Source: a virus (Duplodnaviria > Caudoviricetes). Taken from it: DNA of 32,694 nt. The first letter of the stretch is position 1; the number at the start of each line of letters is the position of its first letter. The stretch is from IMG/VR virus record IMGVR_UViG_3300012940_000066, positions 1 to 32,694 of that record. The stretch is one strand, 5' to 3'. Positions 25,295 through 32,694 of this stretch are shown piece after piece. The translations under genes and the position numbers were made by a program. Below the pieces are notes generated by a model. The model ran no database searches and was not told the DNA's origin. It saw only the letters and a program-made list of their open reading frames with translations.

Positions 25295-25606
25295 TCAGTT
25301 CAATTGTTGGTCTATCATTCCGATTATCCGGTTTATCGTCACCATTGCTTCCGGCTCCACCTCCACATCCCCGGTGTTGTCGCAGTGGGCTATGAAGGCC
25401 GAGCCCAGCTCCTGGTGTATCGATATCCGGTATTTATCCTTCTGCTCCACCGATTTGCTCCTCAGGATCAGCGCGAGCCGCTTCATGGCGAAGTACACCG
25501 TACGGTAGAGGTACGCGCCTCGCCTGTACCGCTCCGGCGCCGACAGCACGATGAAGGCCAGCCAGATGGTCAGCTCCCTATTCGTCAGTTTCACCACCAC
25601 CTTCAT
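25295..25606 (-). CDS. Hypothetical protein
   Basis: 103 aa in the early operon. Confidence 0.6.
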   Translation of the reverse strand: MKVVVKLTNRELTIWLAFIVLSAPERYRRGAYLYRTVYFAMKRLALILRSKSVEQKDKYRISIHQELGSAFIAHCDNTGDVEVEPEAMVTINRIIGMIDQQLN

Positions 25607-26006
25607 AATTCCTCAGGTTCTCGGCTATCGCGTCGTGCTTTATACGGAAGGCCTTATCTATTCTATAGAGCGTCTTGAAGGCCTCCATACCGCTTATCAC
25701 CGTGGAGTGGTCCCGGTCGAACACCCGCCCGATCTCGCTCAGGTTCATCGGGAGATGCTTTTTCATCAGCACGAAGCAATGGTACCTCGCAAACACGGCC
25801 TCATTCGTCTTTTCACGGCTCATCATGCGGGGGATGCTCACGCCCGTCACTTCCTCCACCACGTCCAGTATCTTCGCCTCGGTGATCGGCCCGATGTCCC
25901 TGAAGGCAAAAACCAGCTTCACGGGCCGTTTAAAGAGCTTCTGGAGATCATACTCCAGGGCACGCATCTTCTCCACGGCGATATCCGCCTCGTAGATCGT
26001 TATCAT
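25578..26006 (-). CDS. DnaA C-terminal (domain IV)-like HTH DNA-binding protein
   Basis: ARYHCF...LSEIGRVFDRDHSTVI matches the DnaA domain IV signature. Confidence 0.8.
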   Translation of the reverse strand: MITIYEADIAVEKMRALEYDLQKLFKRPVKLVFAFRDIGPITEAKILDVVEEVTGVSIPRMMSREKTNEAVFARYHCFVLMKKHLPMNLSEIGRVFDRDHSTVISGMEAFKTLYRIDKAFRIKHDAIAENLRNYEGGGETDE

Positions 26007-26404
26007 CTCACGCCCCCTTTCCGCATCACCTCCAGCAGGTGGTTGTATGCAGACAAAAAGTAGTCGTCGGCCAGCAGCCGCACATGGCTGTGGTTGTACA
26101 GGTACTCATCGTAGATCAGTGCGAAGTCATCCCGGCAGTCCGTCGCCAGCGGCAGCCAGTCCCACTCGTTGCGCTGGTTCCACTCGTTTATCCAGAAGCC
26201 CCGGAACACCGGCGAGTACAGGATCTCCTCCCGCACCCGCGGCCATCCCTGGCATACCTTGTCCACAAACAGGCAGTACTGCTCGAACTGGTGCTCCGTG
26301 TACTGCTCCCAAGACCATCCCAGCAGCTCCATCACCTGCCCGGACAGCGTCAGGCTCTCCAGCCTGACCTTAGCGATATGTGTCAGTGTTTTCATTTCCA
26401 CCAA
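26003..26404 (-). CDS. Hypothetical protein
   Basis: 133 aa, aromatic-rich, in the early operon. Confidence 0.65.
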   Translation of the reverse strand: MVEMKTLTHIAKVRLESLTLSGQVMELLGWSWEQYTEHQFEQYCLFVDKVCQGWPRVREEILYSPVFRGFWINEWNQRNEWDWLPLATDCRDDFALIYDEYLYNHSHVRLLADDYFLSAYNHLLEVMRKGGVR

Positions 26405-26407
26405 AAT

Positions 26408-27031
26408 TTAAACCCCAAAATATTCGGCCGACTTCTCCGGCCATATATCATATATCCCACCGTTGGGCCCCACGTAACGCCCCTTGCTGAACGCCCGGAA
26501 ACCTTCCACCCAGATCTTCAGCGTCGCGTGGTACATCGTGTCCCGAGCGGCCTTCCCAGTCGGCTTTTTCCCCTCGGCCTGGCTCGTCACGATGAAGAGC
26601 TTCGAAGGGTAGCGCTCGATGAACTCAAGGAACTTCCGGAAACTCATCCCGGTATACTGGTAGCTGTTTATCACCACCACCCGCTGGCTTTTCTGCTTGT
26701 CAAGCCGCGCCTGGAAATCCACCATCGGCTCCTTCACCATCTGCACGTTCCTTTTCACCTCAGACATCCCCACGCGTTTGAAACTGTCCTGTATCGTCTT
26801 CGCATTACCCTCTTCCAACTCATTGATCAGCACCCGCTCACTCCTTGCCAGCTCTTTGATCATCTGGTGCGTGAAGCTACCCTTGCCGTTTCCGCTGTCT
26901 CCCCAGATGAACCATAGCCCCTTGTTTTCCACCTCGTCACCAAAGGCATCAGCCCATTTCCCGCTGAAATCGATCAGCTCATACCGCTGGTTCAAAATGT
27001 TGTCCACCGACCAGGCGCGTCTCAGACTCAT
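26408..27031 (-). CDS. P-loop ATPase (RecA/KaiC-like)
   Basis: Walker A WGDSGNGKGS. The Walker B position reads VVVINS. Confidence 0.8.
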   Translation of the reverse strand: MSLRRAWSVDNILNQRYELIDFSGKWADAFGDEVENKGLWFIWGDSGNGKGSFTHQMIKELARSERVLINELEEGNAKTIQDSFKRVGMSEVKRNVQMVKEPMVDFQARLDKQKSQRVVVINSYQYTGMSFRKFLEFIERYPSKLFIVTSQAEGKKPTGKAARDTMYHATLKIWVEGFRAFSKGRYVGPNGGIYDIWPEKSAEYFGV

Positions 27032-27963
27032 ATGCCCAACACCAGCTTTACGAAGTCCTCGTTCAGTTCCTTGCCCGTGCGGTCTGCCTCGCGCAGCGCC
27101 GTCTCCATCACGTCGTGCAGCTCCCCGTAGTTGTCGCAGTTAGCCTTTAGCCATTTCTGCAACGGCACCGGATAGTCCGTAATGAAAGCCCTGTAAGTGC
27201 GGTCAATCGGCGTGATCTTCCGGATCCGGTACTTGATACGCCTATACAGCTGCGGGATCCCCGCCTTGTTGCGCATCCGCAGCTTATCCAGCTTCTCAAT
27301 GAGCTGGTCCGTGCCGATAAGGCCCAGCGAGCAGACGTTGTTCAGGTTGTCGAACAGCTCCTTCCATGCACACAGCGCATACACGTTCAGGTACTCCGCC
27401 TCGTCAAACAGCAGCTGCGGGTTGTAACCCTGCTGCCGCAGCCTGTTCATGTGCCAGATGATCTGGTTGATCATCCCGGTACGGGTCAGCACCTTGAAAG
27501 GCACATCGAAATGGGCCAGCACCTTGTCCAGCAGGTCGCGCAGGTTGTCCGTGCTGCCCACCTTGACGATAAAGGTGTCAATCGGATGCTTCCGCCGGAA
27601 CAGCTCGGCCGTGTAAGACTTGCCACTGCCGGTCTCGCCGATGATCACCACCGGCTCGGCATTCTTCTTGGCATCGGCCAGGTGCGCCAGGATCTCCTTG
27701 GTCTGCATCGTCGGCCTGGTCTCCCAGTAGACCTTCTCCAGGGGGAAGTCGATGGTGTCCGCTATCGCCCGGAAGTACCGGTCGGCGATAGGGATGGCCT
27801 TGCCGCCGCTGTTGATGGTAAAGTCCCGCCGCTTGATCTGTATCAGATAGGCAGCGTTCACGCCCGTGAGCTTGGCAGCCTGCGTCTGGGTCAGCTCGTT
27901 GTCCTCGATGTAGCGATCCAGCGCATCCGCCAGTTTTTCCTTGATTTCGGTAGTGATCTCCAT
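27028..27963 (-). CDS. MuB-like AAA+ transposition ATPase with N-terminal HTH
   Basis: HTH TQTQAAKLTGVNAAYL, Walker A GETGSGKS and Walker B LLFDEAE. Directly follows the transposase. Confidence 0.87.
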   Translation of the reverse strand: MEITTEIKEKLADALDRYIEDNELTQTQAAKLTGVNAAYLIQIKRRDFTINSGGKAIPIADRYFRAIADTIDFPLEKVYWETRPTMQTKEILAHLADAKKNAEPVVIIGETGSGKSYTAELFRRKHPIDTFIVKVGSTDNLRDLLDKVLAHFDVPFKVLTRTGMINQIIWHMNRLRQQGYNPQLLFDEAEYLNVYALCAWKELFDNLNNVCSLGLIGTDQLIEKLDKLRMRNKAGIPQLYRRIKYRIRKITPIDRTYRAFITDYPVPLQKWLKANCDNYGELHDVMETALREADRTGKELNEDFVKLVLGI

Positions 27964-27985
27964 TGTTCAAATCGTGTTTAAATGG

Positions 27986-30100
27986 TTAGAAATATTCGTT
28001 GAAATCCATCTTTCCGTCCAGGTACTCCTCCTTGGCCGACAGCTCCTCACGTTCAGCCATCCGCTCCGCCTTGGCCTGCTCGCGCCGCTCGTTTCGTTCA
28101 GCGAGCTGCTTCGCTTTGGCCCCGGCAAGCCGGGCCTGGCTCTTGTTGTCCTTATATTGGCCCATGCTGTCCACCAGCAGGAGCTTCGTCAGCGTTCCTT
28201 CCAGCTCGGGGCGTGATAGTATAGGGTTCAGTACTTCGTAGTTCTGCGCTCCACGCTCCACGATATTATCCTTCAGTTGCTTATTGAAGTCACGCACCCG
28301 TGCCAGCTCCTCCGCATCGCCTTCTTTGCGATCCTTCAATGCCATCGGCTGCACATATTTCTGTTCCAGGACGAATTGCATCGTGTTCAATTCCTCGACC
28401 AACTTATTGCCCGATGCCTTGGCATCCACCACCAGCACCTTGCTCAGGTCATCCGGGTCATACTTCACGCACCAGTTCACGTGCGACAGCTCGCGGAAAC
28501 GCACGTCAAACGAATCATAGACCAGTTCCTCGCCGCCTATCGTCACCTGCAACCCGTAGTGGTGCAGCCTGTTGGTAAATCCGGTGGTAGCGCCGAACAG
28601 GTTCAGGTATTCCGCATCATCACACACCAGGCGGTCGGCCTCCGGTGTCTGCTCCCAGTTTGCCAGCAGCTTATCACGAAGTTCCATCCGCTTCATTTCC
28701 AGCATGTGCACAATCTGGGCGCGGCAACCCGCTTCGTCCGGAAACATATGCCTTATCTTATTCAGGTATTCGGCATTGGGTTGCTTGTCAGGGTCCACGG
28801 TGACACCGTATCCGGACCAGTTGGGCATCATCTGTATCGATTTGTTGAGTTCTTTGAAGTAAGGCTCCACCCGCTTGGATCGGGCCAGCCTGGCAGCGGC
28901 CGGTGTGAAGTACTCCGAAAGCGCCTCATACAAAGGCGTCAGCTTCTTGATGCCGTAGCGGTCACTCTGCAACTGCCAGGGCTTATACCGCTGTCCGAAA
29001 AGCTCGCGCGTATGGTTCACTGCATTCCGAAGGGCCTCGCGGATAAGTGCCGGGGTCTCGTGTGTACCGATAGCATAGCCAATCGGATACTTCACATTCG
29101 GGTCAAGCACCACCACAGCATTCAGCCTGTTGGTATAAGTCGTCACCTGGTGGCCCTTGCTGTCCAAGCCTGTTTGCTGATACAGCAACTCGACGTCCCA
29201 GCCGTCCAGCGTCCAGTAGTAAAGTGGCTTCGTTGGTGCCGAGCGCTTCACCTGCATTGATTTCTTATTGATGAATGAAGACAGGCCGCGACGTCCGGCC
29301 TCAATGTAAAGTCCCAGATCCCGCCGCTTATTGGCCACGGTGCTCGCGCTGATCGTAGGCCAGCCTATTTTCTCGGCGGCGATATTGTAGAGGCCCATGA
29401 TCTGCTCATTGTCCAGGTTCTTGTTATACTTCAGCAGCTCTTCCAGCAGCGCCTGTTGTTTCTCATCCTTGATCTTGGCCGTATTCCTGTTGCCCAGCTT
29501 GCCGCTTATCAGCGCCTCGTAGCCGTCCTTCTTGTAGTTCGCCAGTGTCCGTTTCAGCGAGGGCACCTTCAGCGTATGGCCTACCCTGGGGCGCATTGCC
29601 TCGATATCCCTGTATATGGTCTCCCACACCCCGGCTGTAGATCCGCCAAGGGCCTTGCGCAGTGCCCTGCGGTTGGCCATCGTGGCGATCACCGCATTCA
29701 GCACGCTCGCATTTGTTGTGTATTCCTGGATCAAGTTGTAGTCAAGGTTCCGGTCATCAGGCCGTTTCCAGTTCGCATAGAAGTCAGCCGCTTTGGGGTC
29801 GCGGTGGTAGTGCTTTTCCAGCAGCGTGGGGATGGCCGCCAGCTCCGGATCACCGAATGCCTGCTTGCATTTCTCCCGCCAGTCATGGGGCAGCGTCACC
29901 CAGTTGATCAGCGCCTCGTTGCCCGGGCCTTTGCCTTCCTTCAAGCGAAAGTGGGGGTTTCGGAAACTACGCAGCTTGTACGCGGTATAGCTCATTAAAC
30001 CCAAGCTGCTTTCCTTGCGCTTATTCTGATCTGAAACGACATAACTCAGACGGACACCTATCTTGCCGTCATGGATCTCGTATGGATTTTGGTCAAACAT
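27986..30100 (-). CDS. MuA-like DDE transposase
   Basis: 704 aa with candidate triad in WTLDGWD, LQSDRY and KRVEPYF. Paired with the AAA ATPase. Confidence 0.87.
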   Translation of the reverse strand: MFDQNPYEIHDGKIGVRLSYVVSDQNKRKESSLGLMSYTAYKLRSFRNPHFRLKEGKGPGNEALINWVTLPHDWREKCKQAFGDPELAAIPTLLEKHYHRDPKAADFYANWKRPDDRNLDYNLIQEYTTNASVLNAVIATMANRRALRKALGGSTAGVWETIYRDIEAMRPRVGHTLKVPSLKRTLANYKKDGYEALISGKLGNRNTAKIKDEKQQALLEELLKYNKNLDNEQIMGLYNIAAEKIGWPTISASTVANKRRDLGLYIEAGRRGLSSFINKKSMQVKRSAPTKPLYYWTLDGWDVELLYQQTGLDSKGHQVTTYTNRLNAVVVLDPNVKYPIGYAIGTHETPALIREALRNAVNHTRELFGQRYKPWQLQSDRYGIKKLTPLYEALSEYFTPAAARLARSKRVEPYFKELNKSIQMMPNWSGYGVTVDPDKQPNAEYLNKIRHMFPDEAGCRAQIVHMLEMKRMELRDKLLANWEQTPEADRLVCDDAEYLNLFGATTGFTNRLHHYGLQVTIGGEELVYDSFDVRFRELSHVNWCVKYDPDDLSKVLVVDAKASGNKLVEELNTMQFVLEQKYVQPMALKDRKEGDAEELARVRDFNKQLKDNIVERGAQNYEVLNPILSRPELEGTLTKLLLVDSMGQYKDNKSQARLAGAKAKQLAERNERREQAKAERMAEREELSAKEEYLDGKMDFNEYF

Positions 30101-30199
30101 AGCTTGCTTTTACTGGTTCCCGCCCGGCTGCGATGACCGGGTTACGCTTTCGGGAATTTTCGCTAACTTTCGGCTGTCAAACTTTAAATCGTTAGCGTT

Positions 30200-30358
30200 A
30201 TGGAAAATGATAAAATCAAAGAGTTGGAGGCCTTAATCATTGTTTTAGCTAAGCAAATCGAAGACTTAAGAAGAAAGACCGTAGGTGGATCATCTATCAG
30301 ATCGGATGCTCAGTGGCTGAACGAATTGAAGAAAGAGGCGCAGAAGATCAAACTCTAA
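30200..30358 (+). CDS. 52-aa coiled-coil protein antisense to the early operon (not in ORF track)
   Basis: MENDKIKELEALIIVLAKQIEDLRRKTVGGSSIRSDAQWLNELKKEAQKIKL, preceded by a near-consensus TAACTTTC element. Confidence 0.6.
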   Translation: MENDKIKELEALIIVLAKQIEDLRRKTVGGSSIRSDAQWLNELKKEAQKIKL

Positions 30359-30522
30359 ACGTTTGCCACCTCATACGTTTCCAACTCGGGATAGTGATAG
30401 ACCTTGGTGTAGACCACTATCCCTAAAATCCTTACCGTCTTGATCGTCCTGATCACCCTTGCCTCGCCCGCCAAATTGGCGCGTGGGCTACTGATTTCGT
30501 GTTTGATTTCTGTACGTACCAT
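30355..30522 (-). CDS. 55-aa hypothetical protein (not in ORF track)
   Basis: MVRTEIKHEISS...YEVANV. Starts 12 nt after the Ner-like gene stop. Confidence 0.55.
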   Translation of the reverse strand: MVRTEIKHEISSPRANLAGEARVIRTIKTVRILGIVVYTKVYHYPELETYEVANV

Positions 30523-30534
30523 GCCTTATGATTT

Positions 30535-30741
30535 TTATAGATTTTCAATCTTCGATTTGATGGCCTGCCTGGCGGCCCGGTCCAACTGTTTGTACTCATC
30601 CGCGATCTTCGTCGGGAAGGTGCCCGTCCGGTCCCCACGGATGGACATGATGATATAATTCCTCGTGAAGCCGTACTTCGCTCTCAACTCATCGATGACC
30701 GCATTGTTGTAGTTGTAATTTTTATTCCTATGTTTGTTCAT
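30535..30741 (-). CDS. Ner/Cro-like DNA-binding protein
   Basis: 68 aa HTH-like (LRAKYGFTRNYIIMSIRG). First gene divergent from the repressor. Confidence 0.7.
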   Translation of the reverse strand: MNKHRNKNYNYNNAVIDELRAKYGFTRNYIIMSIRGDRTGTFPTKIADEYKQLDRAARQAIKSKIENL

Positions 30742-30766
30742 TGCTCAAACTGTATTTTGTTGAGAA

Positions 30767-30799
30767 CAAATATAGTAGAGAAATTTATATTATTCCAAA
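30767..30799 (-). promoter_or_regulatory. Early lytic promoter
   Basis: Minus strand TTTG (30796-30799) - 21 nt - TATATTTG (30767-30774), upstream of the Ner-like gene. Confidence 0.65.
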
Positions 30800-30804
30800 T
30801 TTTT

Positions 30805-31458
30805 ATGAGTGAAATTTCAACCATAAAACAAAGAATACTACAATATCTTGAGTATAAAGGTATTAGTAAGTATGATTTTTACAAGAAAACGGGCGTATCC
30901 AATGGCGTTTTATCCCAGAAAGGCGGTTTATCCGAGGATAATATATTTAAATTTATCTCATACTATGTGGAAGTGGATCCTGAATGGTTGCTTACTGGCA
31001 AGGGTCCGATGCTCAGAGATGATAAGCGAGTAGCCAAACCGGCACCGTTAGGAAAGGGCATCCCGTTGATCCCGGTGGAAGCTTTCGCCGGTGCCTCGCT
31101 CAATGATGATTACGCTATTGACTTCGACGCCATAGAAGAGCGTTACCACGTCCCGCTGTTCGATGGCAAGGGTGTCGACTTCATGATGTATGTCCGCGGA
31201 TCGTCCATGTACCCCAAGTACAGCTCCGGCGACGTGGTGGCCTGCCGTTTCGTCCGCGAGCTGCTGTTCATACAGTGGAACAAGGTCTACGTCATCGACA
31301 CCAGGACCCAGGGAGCCATCATCAAGCGCCTGTTGCCCGGCAGCGACCCCGATAAGATCATCTGCCGGTCAGACAACAGGGAATACATAGACTTTGAGGT
31401 ACCCATGAGCGATATCCGCAACATCGCACTCGTAGTCGGCTGCATACGGCTTGAGTAA
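30805..31458 (+). CDS. CI/LexA-like repressor (HTH + S24 peptidase)
   Basis: N-terminal HTH, EWLLTGKG linker, Ala-Gly site (AFAG), GSSMYP catalytic Ser and IIKRL Lys. The ATG at 30805 is preferred. Confidence 0.9.
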   Translation: MSEISTIKQRILQYLEYKGISKYDFYKKTGVSNGVLSQKGGLSEDNIFKFISYYVEVDPEWLLTGKGPMLRDDKRVAKPAPLGKGIPLIPVEAFAGASLNDDYAIDFDAIEERYHVPLFDGKGVDFMMYVRGSSMYPKYSSGDVVACRFVRELLFIQWNKVYVIDTRTQGAIIKRLLPGSDPDKIICRSDNREYIDFEVPMSDIRNIALVVGCIRLE

Positions 31459-31474
31459 GGCCAATAAACAAGAC

Positions 31475-31876
31475 ATGACACTAGAAGAAGCAAAGCGATA
31501 CGATGAGCTTTTACGACAGCTCAGCAAAGACGGAAAGCGGACATCCGTAGGCGTGCCCCGTGGTTCCGAGGCATACGATCAGTGGCATTACCTGCAATCA
31601 AAAGGAGTCGTAACGCTCATAACAGGGGGCGGGAAGATAGCCTTGGCCAGTCTGACCCCGCAAGGGATAGCCTTTGTAGCCGATGGCGGGTTTGAAAAGC
31701 GGTACCGTGACGCGCAGGCAGTATCGGAGGAAAAGAAGCATGAACACCGCAGCCGGAGTCAAGGCAACCGGATTGCTATTTGGTCCATAGCAATAACAGC
31801 GACAGTAGCAATAGCTGGAATACTGAAAGAAGAGCTATCGCAATTAATAACCTGGTTAGCCTCCTTACTAAGATAA
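31475..31876 (+). CDS. Membrane-anchored accessory protein probably co-transcribed with the repressor
   Basis: 133 aa with a winged-helix-like LTPQGIAF segment and a C-terminal transmembrane segment. Confidence 0.65.
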   Translation: MTLEEAKRYDELLRQLSKDGKRTSVGVPRGSEAYDQWHYLQSKGVVTLITGGGKIALASLTPQGIAFVADGGFEKRYRDAQAVSEEKKHEHRSRSQGNRIAIWSIAITATVAIAGILKEELSQLITWLASLLR

Positions 31877-32182
31877 CCATGCTTTCTATCCCGTCTTTAA
31901 TCGGGTATATGTTTTCGCCTATACATAACAGGCCTTCGAGATAGTCCAGTATGTTCGCCGGGCGCGGAGTATTGGTTTGCCTTTCCATTTCCGTTGAATT
32001 TTCACAAATACACACAAAAAAAGCCGGAAAAACAACAAAAACAACTGAAAACAAGATGGTTATCCTAAATTATCCATGCAAATCAACGGTAATAAAGGGT
32101 GGTCAATCCATCGTTTTACAAGGTTTTTGCATCGGTTTTTTGGCATAACCTACGCTTTATCGCTCGTAAAAATCCAAAAAAT

Positions 32183-32218
32183 GTAACCCTAATTGTAACC
32201 CTAATCGTAACCCTAATC
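32183..32218. repeat. 3 x 12-bp tandem repeat GTAACCCTAAT(T/C)
   Basis: Units start at 32183, 32195 and 32207. Confidence 0.9.
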
Positions 32219-32330
32219 CAAAATTCTGGCATTTTTCACCTTTCGGGGCCGGGCACAAAAAAGCCGGTTATCCCTTCGGTCACCAGCACGCAGCACCATC
32301 GTCCTGGTAGCAATAAATTTGGTTTTATCA

Positions 32331-32559
32331 GCCGTTTTAGGCCGTTTTAAGCCGTTTTTAAGGCCGTAATGGAAGTATCATCGGCAATCCGACCGGATTG
32401 TCGTTTTACAAATGGTATCTGAATGGTACCGGATGGTATAGGTTTACATTTCGTTTTGCAGCCGTCAGGCTGCCGCTTTCAGCAAAAATCGCCGTTTTCT
32501 ATATCGTTTAGGCCGTTTTTCAGCATTTTGCCGTTTTTGCCGTTTTTTTACATTTCGTT
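32331..32559. repeat. Prophage-end repeat cluster (candidate transposase-binding/packaging sites)
   Basis: GCCGTTTT at 32331, 32341, 32351, 32491, 32512, 32530 and 32539. ATGGTA at 32412, 32423 and 32433. TTTACATTTCGTT at 32443 and 32547. Confidence 0.7.
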
Positions 32560-32619
32560 CTGCCCCTTATAGAAAGTAGTTGGGATCCGACTGTATATTT
32601 TTTCCACCCTTCTTCTCAA

Positions 32620-32694
32620 TGAGTCCGAGTTGAGTCCGAGGTGAGTCCAAGGTGAGTCCGTGTATTACCGAGAATTATCGGACTCACTACGGAC
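32620..32694. repeat. 11-bp periodic TGAGTCC repeats with inverted copy (REP-like, probably host DNA)
   Basis: Units at 32620, 32631, 32642 and 32653. Inverted CGGACTCAC at 32679-32687, running to the window edge. Confidence 0.65.

Larger units (their letters stand above)
1..32571. mobile_element. Mu-like (transposable) prophage, siphovirus-type tail, Bacteroidetes-type; left part continues beyond window, right end approximate
   Basis: Contains a DDE transposase plus AAA ATPase pair, Mu gp28/gp29/gp36/F/G/gp37-like head and neck genes, capsid, tail tube and tape measure, with no sheath gene. A repeat-rich noncoding end lies at 32160-32570. Confidence 0.93.

Noticed and set aside
26039-29998. 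Long plus-strand ORFs opposite the transposase/ATPase genes
   Set aside because: Antisense shadows of GC-rich coding sequence with no recognisable motifs.
32183-32218. Telomere-like CCCTAA repeats or CRISPR array
   Set aside because: The unit is a 12-mer with only three copies, no unique spacers and no cas genes.
31776-32350. Short ORFs near the right end
   Set aside because: They overlap each other or the repeat arrays and have low-complexity translations. The region is better explained as a noncoding phage end.

Overview
Almost the whole window (~1-32570) is one transposable (Mu-like) prophage with a non-contractile tail. The host looks like a Bacteroidetes, judging from TTTG-N20/21-TAnnTTTG promoters and AT-rich translation starts. 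From right to left it has a repeat-rich genome end, an S24-type repressor and Ner/Cro switch, and a leftward early operon (DDE transposase, MuB-like ATPase, second ATPase, DnaA-C-like HTH protein, DUF3164, GemA-like protein, many small ORFs). Next come an AT-rich accessory/sRNA patch, a rightward terminase-portal-MuF-neck operon, and a leftward protease-capsid-lysis-tail operon that runs off the left edge. Four features stand out. (1) A diversity-generating retroelement sits in the early operon: one template repeat and two small target genes with strictly adenine-specific differences. Its reverse transcriptase lacks the catalytic half and is fused in frame to an unrelated, probably ParB-like, C-terminus. 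(2) A canonical -1 frameshift signal would fuse the portal to a MuF protein carrying a CdiA-type nuclease domain. (3) No immunity gene follows that nuclease, but a promoter-driven ~70-nt antisense RNA folds as a tRNA-like minihelix followed by CCA. (4) The endolysin is fused in frame to a unimolecular-spanin-like lipoprotein. All family assignments come from motif recognition and gene order, not database searches.
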